Shown here one piece after another: positions 1 to 7,933 of a DNA stretch of 64,000 nt. A program made the translations under genes and the position numbers. Positions within the stretch are counted from its first letter, which is position 1. The number at the start of each line of letters is the position of its first letter. The notes beneath the pieces are model-generated. The model saw only the letters and a program-made list of their open reading frames with translations, made no database searches and was not told the origin of the DNA. This stretch comes from Candidatus Magasanikiibacteriota bacterium (GTDB lineage: Bacteria; Patescibacteriota; Patescibacteriia; Magasanikbacterales; UBA922), in assembly GCA_016207245.1 (NCBI GenBank), contig JACQQA010000012.1:5722-69721 (forward strand), read 5' to 3'.

Positions 1-2763
1 TGTGCCACCAGCAAATATTCTAGCAGACGGATTGCTGGAAGACAAAGCAACTTCTACCTGACCGCCGGCTGTGCCGACTGTGAGAGGATTGGCGCTCGCG
101 CCGCTGATTACTTCGGTGACCTGATTCTTGGTTGTTTGACCAGTACCAGTCACATCATTAGCAGTGTTTACGTCAATTTGGTGCGTGCCAGCTGTCGCGC
201 CGCCAGCAATGTTAGCGTGGATTTCCACGAGCAATTTTTTGCCGGCTTTGACAACAAATTGGTCATCGCCGCTCAAATTCCAAGTATAATCCTCGTCGTC
301 ACCGGCATCACTGTCAGAACCAGCGACAACTTCGCTTAAAGCGACCATAGTACCTGAACCGTTGTTGCTATCCCCATCCTTATCCACCCACAGACGAATA
401 TTCTGCAAATCAATTGATTTCGCGGTTGTCACCACGTTAGTGGCAATAAACTGAGAAATCTTGATATCTTCGGTGGAAGCGGAAGCATCCAACATCACTT
501 TGCTAAACAAGACATCAGTAGTTCCCGGAGCGTACGTTTTGGCTGCCGGAGTTGACAGAGTGGTCACTGTCAAAGAAGCGGTCTGCACTGTCTTGGTATT
601 AGCAGTTACCAAGGCATTAGGAGTAGCATAAGGAGTGCCGGTGCCTAAAGTGATATCCAATGAGCTGTTGACACCTCTCGCTATAAAGTTTGCAGTGTTA
701 CGCATATCAATAGACACCGAGATAGTATCGCCAGCCGCCGGAGTAGTATCAATCGTACCTTTCAAAGTCAAGACATTATCACCTGGCTGCAAAGTAAAGG
801 TATCGGTGGAAGTGGCATAGCCGGGAGATGCCGCGCCAACGCCGTCAACTCCACCAATCACCGCCTTACCAGCGGCATCATACAAGACCAAACTATCCAA
901 ACCGGTTGGTACGACTGTGCCGGTGGTAGCAATCCTGAAAACCAAAGTCCTTACGTCAATCGGCTCGCCAACGACGTTGAAATTCCAGGAAGCCAATTCA
1001 ACACCAGTCGCGTTCTTTGGAACATTACCGGCTGGAACATTGTTCACTTTAGTAACATTCAATTTACCTTGTGAAACTGTGATAGTGTTTGTCATCGCAG
1101 TCGCGCTATCAGTCGGAGTAATATACACTCCGTTGGTAACATCTTTGACAGCGGCATGAGTGGCATACTGCAAATCAAGATTGATCGTGCGGCCGGAACC
1201 AGCGGTTAAATCAGCATAAACGTCATATGTGCGATCATAACCCTTGTCAAGAATACAATCGTCTCCGCACGCGGAAAGGTCAAAGTTAACATATTTGCCA
1301 ACCATTGACGCGCTCGCAAGCGTGACATTGTTGTATTTCAACTTGAAACTTGCAATGTCGGCATCAGCCACAGTACCAGAATTATAAAGAGTCAATTTTT
1401 CCATCTGAATCTTCTTAGCATCCGAACCAGTGGTACCGTTGGTCAACTTAACGCTGGCTACCAAGACGTTGGTAGCGCCAACCTGCTTGGTAACTGAACC
1501 AACTGCTGAACCCTCGGCAAATGTCGCGCTAGATAAAGTTAAACTCTCATTGGTAGTCAAAGCATTACCTTCAACCGGCAAACCAGAAACTGTACCAGCG
1601 CCAACCAGAGTAACAGAAGTAAGAGACAATTTCGGAACATTACCGGCAACGAATGAAGTGCTTGAACCATCAGCGGCGTCCATGTTGCCTACCAAAGTAT
1701 AGGTCTTGCTGGTGCCGGCAGGAATAGTGATATTCTCAGTGAAAGTCACCTCATGGTCAGAGTTCAATGTTTTACCAGAATCATTTAAGAAATTACCCTC
1801 TGGTGTCAAAACATTAAGTGTTGAGAAATCACCATCGGTTGCTGGTGAATTAGTGCGTTTTACCTTGAATGAATCAATGGTAACATCCGCATCGCCTGCC
1901 TTAAATACAACTTTGGTAAACGGCACGCGTGAAGCGCCGGCCATCGCATAACCACTTGCTGGGGTATCCGCGGCCAAACTCACGGTCAAACTGCCAGCTA
2001 CGGTTGTACCGCCGCCAGTTGTTCCGGTGTCACCCGTCGTTTCGCTGGCTTCTACTTGACCAGCATCTTCAGTCACGCTCGCGGCAGTAACGGTAGTATC
2101 AGATACTTCTAAAGCGTCAACAACGCTCGCTGCCGGCATCTGGACATACTTTGCCACAAAAGCTGGCAAAGAGCCGTCAACCTCATGCAAAGCACCGCCT
2201 TCTACTTTGTAAGTAACTGTGCCTTTCTTCACCAACATGCCTTCGTGCGGTTTGGTGCCGTCAACTTCTCCGCTTACTTCATCGTAGGTATCAAAATAGA
2301 TATCCGGAAGATCACGGACCATTTTTGCCCAATTATTTCCGTATAAAGCTTTGGCCGCGGCCTCGCTGGAAATTTTCTTTACATCGCTATTCGGTAATAC
2401 GGCATAAACATTCGGGGAAATAACGGTCTTGACGAGCAATGAACCAGGCAGATAACTGACGCCGCCGCCTGATGGATAAGCCGCCACGCATGTGTTATCA
2501 ATCGTCACAACTCCTGAAAAGTCCTCATACCAAGTATGATAAACTTCGGAGTTGAAGAAATACATTCTTTCCATGTCAGCATTGACATAATAAACGGCGG
2601 AATTGTCGGGAACCTTAAACAGATCTCCGGCTTCCAATTCCGGGCAATCAGCCGCGACAGCGACGAGCGGTACCAAAGCGGACACGCCCACGCTCCACAG
2701 AATTGTCATGACAACGACGGACACGGTAAAGACTTTTTTACCTATTTTTAATAAGTCTGTCAT
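1..2763 (-). CDS. Very large secreted cell-surface protein, N-terminal ~920 aa present, runs off window start. Not in the ORF track because no stop codon lies in the window.
   Basis: Manual minus-strand translation from ATG at 2761-2763 (MTDLLKIGKKVFTVSVVVMTILWSVGVSALVPLVAVAADCPELEAGDLFKV...) gives an uninterrupted frame to position 1. It has a signal-peptide-like hydrophobic N-terminus, T/S/V/G-rich repetitive beta-rich composition and no enzymatic motifs. Confidence 0.55.
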   Translation of the reverse strand, partial: MTDLLKIGKKVFTVSVVVMTILWSVGVSALVPLVAVAADCPELEAGDLFKVPDNSAVYYVNADMERMYFFNSEVYHTWYEDFSGVVTIDNTCVAAYPSGGGVSYLPGSLLVKTVISPNVYAVLPNSDVKKISSEAAAKALYGNNWAKMVRDLPDIYFDTYDEVSGEVDGTKPHEGMLVKKGTVTYKVEGGALHEVDGSLPAFVAKYVQMPAASVVDALEVSDTTVTAASVTEDAGQVEASETTGDTGTTGGGTTVAGSLTVSLAADTPASGYAMAGASRVPFTKVVFKAGDADVTIDSFKVKRTNSPATDGDFSTLNVLTPEGNFLNDSGKTLNSDHEVTFTENITIPAGTSKTYTLVGNMDAADGSSTSFVAGNVPKLSLTSVTLVGAGTVSGLPVEGNALTTNESLTLSSATFAEGSAVGSVTKQVGATNVLVASVKLTNGTTGSDAKKIQMEKLTLYNSGTVADADIASFKLKYNNVTLASASMVGKYVNFDLSACGDDCILDKGYDRTYDVYADLTAGSGRTINLDLQYATHAAVKDVTNGVYITPTDSATAMTNTITVSQGKLNVTKVNNVPAGNVPKNATGVELASWNFNVVGEPIDVRTLVFRIATTGTVVPTGLDSLVLYDAAGKAVIGGVDGVGAASPGYATSTDTFTLQPGDNVLTLKGTIDTTPAAGDTISVSIDMRNTANFIARGVNSSLDITLGTGTPYATPNALVTANTKTVQTASLTVTTLSTPAAKTYAPGTTDVLFSKVMLDASASTEDIKISQFIATNVVTTAKSIDLQNIRLWVDKDGDSNNGSGTMVALSEVVAGSDSDAGDDEDYTWNLSGDDQFVVKAGKKLLVEIHANIAGGATAGTHQIDVNTANDVTGTGQTTKNQVTEVISGASANPLTVGTAGGQVEVALSSSNPSARIFAGGT

Positions 2764-3103
2764 AATGAATTTATTCACTTATTCCGTAGCGCCCCGACGT
2801 TACGTCGGGATCAACGAAATAAGCAATTTGGTTAAATGTATCTATCGACTCTCGCGAGCCTCGACCTATTTGATAGACACTGCCCTTTTCTCCGCCTTGC
2901 TTTGCCAGCCTTGGGCTGTGGGCGGAGCCAACTGTATGGCTAAATAATTTCCCCCTAGCGGGGAATCACCGGCTTTGATTTATCTAAATTTATCAGAACC
3001 GCTGATCCCCCGCCATGGCGGGACTGACCATACAATTTTTAAAGAGCATTGTTAATAATTTATCCAGCACCTTCCCGGAATACCTCGCAAGAAGGTGCTG
3101 GAT

Positions 3104-4363
3104 TTATTTAATTTCGGTTTTAATCGTTGTTGTTGTGGCAGGAATAGGAGTATTATTTAAAACCCCGCTGTTTACCGCGTCCACGGCTTTTTTAACTTCA
3201 ACCACTGTTCTCTCCGCCTGTTCCGCTGCTTGAGTGGCATCTTTCACTTTACTTATAGCCTCCAACAAATGATTGCCTTCAACCAAAACTTTTGCCTCCT
3301 CTAATGTTTTCTGGCTTTCCTGTCCTTGCGCGATTGCTTGTTTGCTTACATCGCCCAATACATCTTTAATCGTGGAAGTCGGCAAAACAATCGGAGTAGT
3401 GGAACTTACAACAACTTGAATTGAAGAAGTTGAAATCAAAATCGTTGAAGAAACACTGACCACAACATCAGAAGGCAAGTTGTTGGAAGTGACCGGGGCT
3501 GTTTCAAGCACTTTCACCGTATCCTCCGCCTTGCTTTTCATATCACCGGTGTCTTGCATGGCTACATCAATCTGCGTTTTAACAATTGTTTTAGCATCTT
3601 CATCAGAAACAACTCCGCTGTCATCTTTATTTTTTTGCACAACCGTTTGCACAATATCCAAACTGCTATCTTTGACGATTTGCTTTGTCCCGGCGACATC
3701 AACATCTTTTCCGCCCTGTTCCGCCGCCGCAGTTAATGTCTGATTGATATCTTTCGCGGTTTCTTGCATGCCTTTTACAACTTCAACAATTTTTTCCGGC
3801 TCGGTTTCCACCACTTCTTTAATTACTTCATTGGCAGTTTGAATTGACTTTTCCAATTTTACCATTGCTTCCGCCGCTCTTTGCGGAGCATCATCCTCTT
3901 TGTTTTCAACCACTTTTTTTACTTCTTTGGCTCGGCGAGTGGCAAATTCCAAATGCATCTGCGCTTGTTGGTCTTTCGCGCCGGCGACTGATGTTACCAA
4001 TTCTTGAGTTTTTTCCGCAGCCAACTTCACCCCATAACAAACCTCGCCCGGCAAACAATTTTGCGTCGCGCCCACGCTGGCAATCCAACCGCTGGTCGCT
4101 ATCGCGCCGACTAAGATAAAAATCGCCGTTGGACGCACCACGGAATAAGCTAACCGACCCGGCACAAATATATTAATCGCCTGCCAGACATAGTCAAACC
4201 TAAAACGCGGTTTGTCTTCGGAAACCGTATTATTAATTTGCGACATTAATTTCTTCCGATTTTGCGTAACCCAAGCCGAATCTGGATTTAACCGATCATT
4301 TTTTTCTTTGACTGTTTTTAATTGTGCCTTGAGAATTCGCGGCATAGCCAGTGAATTATTCAA
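3104..4363 (-). CDS. Membrane-anchored protein co-transcribed with the ECF sigma factor; putative anti-sigma factor
   Basis: 419-aa ORF overlapping the sigma factor stop by 8 bp. It has a short cytoplasmic N-terminus, a single TM helix (AIFILVGAIATSGWIASV) and a long K/E/V/T-rich extracytoplasmic region. The anti-sigma role is inferred from its position only. Confidence 0.4.
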   Translation of the reverse strand: MNNSLAMPRILKAQLKTVKEKNDRLNPDSAWVTQNRKKLMSQINNTVSEDKPRFRFDYVWQAINIFVPGRLAYSVVRPTAIFILVGAIATSGWIASVGATQNCLPGEVCYGVKLAAEKTQELVTSVAGAKDQQAQMHLEFATRRAKEVKKVVENKEDDAPQRAAEAMVKLEKSIQTANEVIKEVVETEPEKIVEVVKGMQETAKDINQTLTAAAEQGGKDVDVAGTKQIVKDSSLDIVQTVVQKNKDDSGVVSDEDAKTIVKTQIDVAMQDTGDMKSKAEDTVKVLETAPVTSNNLPSDVVVSVSSTILISTSSIQVVVSSTTPIVLPTSTIKDVLGDVSKQAIAQGQESQKTLEEAKVLVEGNHLLEAISKVKDATQAAEQAERTVVEVKKAVDAVNSGVLNNTPIPATTTTIKTEIK

Positions 4364-4970
4364 TTCTATTTTTTTCTAAAAGCTCCTTTAATTTTTTCAG
4401 CGCGCGGTGTAAAGTTACTCTGACATTTATTTGGCTTTTCCCCAAAATCCGCGCCACCTCCCCGGCTGATAATTCTTCTATATAATGCAATAACACCGCT
4501 TCTTGATATTCCAATTTCATTTTTTTTAAAGTCTTCATTATTTTTTCCACTTCTCCGCTAATCATCAGCCGATGTTCACCGCCGGCTTCTTCAACTGCCA
4601 AAGTTTCCACCACTGCGTCTAATGACGACTCCGGCAATCGTTTCGCCCGTTCACGATAAAAATCAACCACTAAATTTCTTGCTATCCGATAAATAAAACT
4701 CGCGAAACTTCTGATCTCTTGTTCGCTGTTTTCCACCAGATAATTCCAAGCTTTTAAAAATACTTCGCTGGTCAAATCCTCCGCTTCCTCACGACTGCTG
4801 ATTTTAAAGAAAATAAAACGATAAATCTTTTTCACGTATAAATCATAAAGTAATCCGTACGCTTCCGGATCTCTCTTAATTCTTACTTTATATAATAGCA
4901 ACTTCTCGTTTATCACGTCCTTCATAATATAAGACGGAGATAAGACAGAAATGTTACACCCCTTTTTCAC
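4356..4970 (-). CDS. ECF-family RNA polymerase sigma-70 factor (sigma-24-like)
   Basis: Region-2 motif LYDLYVKKIYRFIFFKISSREEAEDLTSEVFLKAW and region-4 HTH LSAGEVARILGKSQINVRVTLHRALKKL. The tracked ORF starts with GTG at 4970; the in-frame ATG at 4923-4925 (MKDVINEK...) is the more likely start. Confidence 0.85.
   Translation of the reverse strand: MKKGCNISVLSPSYIMKDVINEKLLLYKVRIKRDPEAYGLLYDLYVKKIYRFIFFKISSREEAEDLTSEVFLKAWNYLVENSEQEIRSFASFIYRIARNLVVDFYRERAKRLPESSLDAVVETLAVEEAGGEHRLMISGEVEKIMKTLKKMKLEYQEAVLLHYIEELSAGEVARILGKSQINVRVTLHRALKKLKELLEKNRIE
4926..4960 (-). promoter_or_regulatory. Possible ECF-type autoregulated promoter (GTAAC-N16-CGTCT) directly upstream of the sigma factor ATG
   Basis: Minus-strand sequence GGTGTAACatttctgtcttatctcCGTCTtatattATG resembles the AAC-N16/17-CGT ECF consensus. 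It would give a near-leaderless transcript. Confidence 0.25.
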
Positions 4971-5264
4971 TGCACCACCTTAATCACTACACCACCGCAC
5001 CACTGCGATGTTTGACTGATTTTCTACTTATCCACAGCTAAATATATAACAAAAACTAACCCCCGCGGGGGAGCCAGACACTGTAGTCAAAATAGTATAG
5101 CATAAGTTAGTGTAAAAGGCAAAAAAATTTTGAAACAGAATGCAAAACACAGATAACAGAATGCAACGAGCGGAGCGCTTGTCAGTAAAGTTAAGAAGAA
5201 AATCACAACTGTATTTTGCTATCCCTGCCTGCCGGCAGGCAGGTGTATTCTGAATTCTAAAAAT

Positions 5265-5284
5265 TGTATACAACACTCTATACT
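5265..5284. promoter_or_regulatory. 20-bp inverted-repeat operator-like site, copy 1 (TGTATACAACACTCTATACT)
   Basis: AGTATA...TATACT inverted repeat with 8-bp spacer. Nearly identical to copy 2 at 5331-5350 and related to copy 3 at 5432-5451. Confidence 0.5.
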
Positions 5285-5330
5285 TTCATAAAACAAGGCT
5301 AATTTTTAGGCTAACCTAAAACACAAAAAT

Positions 5331-5350
5331 AGTATACAACACTCTATACT
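5331..5350. promoter_or_regulatory. 20-bp inverted-repeat operator-like site, copy 2 (AGTATACAACACTCTATACT)
   Basis: 19/20 identical to copy 1. Lies in the divergent intergenic region between the sigma factor and the HTH gene. Confidence 0.5.
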
Positions 5351-5402
5351 ATTTTTTATAATCCTCTTTTAATCGCCTATTTTGAATATCCACACCTAAA
5401 CA

Positions 5403-5451
5403 TTGACATTTTTCTGTAAATAATTTACAATAGTATACACTAGTCTATACT
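5403..5451 (+). promoter_or_regulatory. Sigma70-like promoter (TTGACA-N17-TACAAT) overlapped by operator copy 3 (AGTATACACTAGTCTATACT), directly upstream of the HTH gene
   Basis: TTGACA at 5403-5408, 17-nt spacer, TACAAT at 5426-5431. The near-perfect 20-bp palindrome at 5432-5451 sits between the -10 and the ATG at 5455, as expected for autorepression. Confidence 0.5.
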
Positions 5452-5454
5452 TCT

Positions 5455-5799
5455 ATGACTGAAATACGGACAAAAAACAGCCAAAAACAGATGGTTAGGG
5501 TGTCTATTTCAGAAGCCGCGAAGTTATTTGGCTTAAATCAGCAGACAATCCGCCGCGCCATTGCTAACCAAGAATTAACCTATATTGTCGTTGGCGGACG
5601 CTATAAAGTGAACTTTGAAAGTTTGGTGCGCTGGTCTCAGGCAAAAACAGCATTAAAAAATAAGCTGGACAAACAAGGTATTGGGCAGTATGTGGATAAG
5701 TGGAAAATAAAAAACACTCTTTACTCCCCTAGCCCGAAAGTTATACCAAAGATTGATGATATTGATGGCGAGGCAATACAAAATAAATCCGCTCAATAG
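5455..5799 (+). CDS. Excisionase/MerR-superfamily helix-turn-helix DNA-binding protein (HTH_17-like)
   Basis: VSISEAAKLFGLNQQTIRRAIANQELTYIVVGGRYKV matches the excisionase-family DNA-binding domain pattern; 114 aa. Confidence 0.65.
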   Translation: MTEIRTKNSQKQMVRVSISEAAKLFGLNQQTIRRAIANQELTYIVVGGRYKVNFESLVRWSQAKTALKNKLDKQGIGQYVDKWKIKNTLYSPSPKVIPKIDDIDGEAIQNKSAQ

Positions 5800-5846
5800 G
5801 CGGATTTTGTATGTTTTGTCTTAACGAGATATAATACTAACTGCCT

Positions 5847-7700
5847 ATGCGTTTTGTTGAAACACACCTAACAAAAGATCGTTTATTCCACAAACCCCAC
5901 AAGTGGTTCTTGGCTTTTTTGTTATCGCCAATTCATTTTCTTGAACTGCATTATAAAAATAAATACCATCTCAATTTTCAACATGCCAAAAAACTTTTTG
6001 TATTTGACATGGGACTGCTTCTGTCAGTCGTTATGCTTTTGGCCGCCACTATTTTTTGGTTCACTTACAACCCAACTATTACAAATTTAATTTTTTTATC
6101 AATTAACACATCTTCTCCTGACACCAAAATTATCAGCGGCGACTACCTCACCTACACTATCACCTACCAAAATAAAAGCGATATTAAAATTGTTTCTCCG
6201 TCTTTGACAACTAATTTGCCGTCGGGCTTTGTTATTGAGACGACAGAACCGAAAGAATCTTTTAATCCAATGGAGCGCAAATTTACTCTTGTCGATTTAT
6301 CACCCGAACAACATGGCCAAGCGGTGATCAGCGGCTGGTTTTACGGCACGCCGGGTGTTGAAAACAAAATTACCGCGATTTTAGAATATACGCAAGAAGG
6401 TCGGACAAACAAAGAGATAAAATCAACTCCCTTGTTTCAATTCCAACGCGGATCGGTTTTAAAAACTGAAATCAACGCGCCGGAAAAACTTATCGCCACC
6501 GGATCAACTCCGATCAAAATAACTTTAACTAATAATGGCAAACGGACGTTAAATAATATTACTCTGCCGCTCGCACTCCCTGCCGGGCTATCTCTGGTTG
6601 GACTAAAAACCGACAAAGAGAAAATAGAAAACAAGCGGTGGCAGATAGACGAATTAAAACCAAACGAAATAGTTAATCTTTCGGCCGAGTTAAAAACGAA
6701 TTTGTCGGAACAAACTAAAGCCGCGGCATTAAAGCTGACACCGTCAATAGAAGTAAACGGCGCAAAAATCGCCCAAAACACTGTTGAAAAAAACTTTTTG
6801 GTTTTGCATCCGCGAATTTCCGTCCAGTCTTATTGGACAAATGAATCTGAAAAAACGCAACCCGGACAAACGGTTGAGCTCAATTTATCCCTCGCCAACA
6901 ATGGCGATATTGATTTAAATAATTTGGAAATAACCGTGCCAATCCAAAGCGAAATTATAAACACCGCTAAATTGACAAAGTTAAACACCGGTAATTATAA
7001 AGACAAAATCTTTACCATCAATTCCAGACATAACGCCGGACTATTGATGCTGGCTAAAAATCAGACAAAAGATTTAACAATAAAAATTCCAATTCTTGAA
7101 TCGCCGGCTGACGGCGCTGACTTAATTTTGAAACTCAATCCGGAATTAAAAGCCAATCTTAATGAACTAACTGGCGCTGCTTATCAAACCAAAATTTCGG
7201 CTCCGGAAATAAAAATCGGCACGCAATTGGACTTAACCGGCGAGGTGCGTTATTTCACCGCTGACGGCGACCAGCTGGGCCGCGGTCCGCTCCCGCCAGA
7301 AGCTGGCAAGGAAACCAAATATTGGGCGCTGTTAAAAATCACAAACACCACCAGCAAAGTTACTAATTTGATTCTAACTGGTAAACTTCCCGAATATGTC
7401 GCGTGGACTAACAAAAGCAGTGTGAGCCACGGCAGTAGCGTAAATTTCAATGAAAAAACTAAAATAATTTCCTGGTCGCTTAACTCGCTCGCGCCGCAAC
7501 AAACTGTTGGCATCTATTTTGAATTAGCTTTAACGCCAACCGCCGAACAGGTTGGAACCGCGCCGATTATTTTACAAAATATTAAACTGGAAGCAACCGA
7601 CGACTTTATTAAAGAGAAAACCTCGCATACTCTGCAGGATTTAGATACTTCTTTGACACATGATTTGATTGGGAGAGAGAAAGGGGTGAAAATAAAATAA
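5847..7700 (+). CDS. Membrane-anchored protein with multiple DUF11/CARDB-like repeat domains
   Basis: N-terminal TM helix (LLLSVVMLLAATIFWFTY) followed by repeated ~100-aa units (e.g. TLTNNGKRTLNNITLPLALPAGLSL, LNLSLANNGDIDLNNLEITVPI). The true start may be the internal M near 6007. Confidence 0.5.
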   Translation: MRFVETHLTKDRLFHKPHKWFLAFLLSPIHFLELHYKNKYHLNFQHAKKLFVFDMGLLLSVVMLLAATIFWFTYNPTITNLIFLSINTSSPDTKIISGDYLTYTITYQNKSDIKIVSPSLTTNLPSGFVIETTEPKESFNPMERKFTLVDLSPEQHGQAVISGWFYGTPGVENKITAILEYTQEGRTNKEIKSTPLFQFQRGSVLKTEINAPEKLIATGSTPIKITLTNNGKRTLNNITLPLALPAGLSLVGLKTDKEKIENKRWQIDELKPNEIVNLSAELKTNLSEQTKAAALKLTPSIEVNGAKIAQNTVEKNFLVLHPRISVQSYWTNESEKTQPGQTVELNLSLANNGDIDLNNLEITVPIQSEIINTAKLTKLNTGNYKDKIFTINSRHNAGLLMLAKNQTKDLTIKIPILESPADGADLILKLNPELKANLNELTGAAYQTKISAPEIKIGTQLDLTGEVRYFTADGDQLGRGPLPPEAGKETKYWALLKITNTTSKVTNLILTGKLPEYVAWTNKSSVSHGSSVNFNEKTKIISWSLNSLAPQQTVGIYFELALTPTAEQVGTAPIILQNIKLEATDDFIKEKTSHTLQDLDTSLTHDLIGREKGVKIK

Positions 7701-7770
7701 GAGATAGTGTGAGATAATATAGAGATAAAAGAAACAGATAAGCAGTAATCTAAGCTGAAAAACAGCATTC

Positions 7771-7804
7771 AGCCCTTGACAAGAGGGCTTTTTTGTGGTA
7801 TAAT
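7771..7804 (+). promoter_or_regulatory. Rho-independent terminator hairpin (AGCCCTTGACAAGAGGGCTTTTTT) overlapping a consensus sigma70 promoter (TTGACA-N17-TGTGGTATAAT)
   Basis: TTGACA at 7776-7781, 17-nt spacer, extended -10 TGTGGTATAAT with TATAAT at 7799-7804. The hairpin plus T-run ends the upstream DUF11 gene. Confidence 0.6.
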
Positions 7805-7933
7805 TATCTGTCAATTTATGCCCAAATCGGGTATATTGGCAAGAGGAAGGACCGACGCTCTTTACAATAGATTGGATTCGCCATGTTGGCGAGTCTTGCG
7901 ATTTTCGTAATTTCAAGAAAAGCGAGGTGCGCG

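Noticed and set aside
3480-4119. Several 60-91-aa ORFs antisense to, or out of frame with, the putative anti-sigma gene
   Set aside because: They are fully contained in a longer, better-supported ORF on the opposite strand.
4968-4970. GTG as the start codon of the ECF sigma factor
   Set aside because: An in-frame ATG 15 codons downstream gives a conventional N-terminus and sits just after an ECF-like promoter motif. The GTG extension was kept only as the outer coordinate.
5028-5276. 82-aa minus-strand ORF in the sigma-factor / HTH intergenic region
   Set aside because: It lies in a promoter/operator-rich intergenic region, has a biased hydrophobic composition and no RBS. It is likely non-coding.
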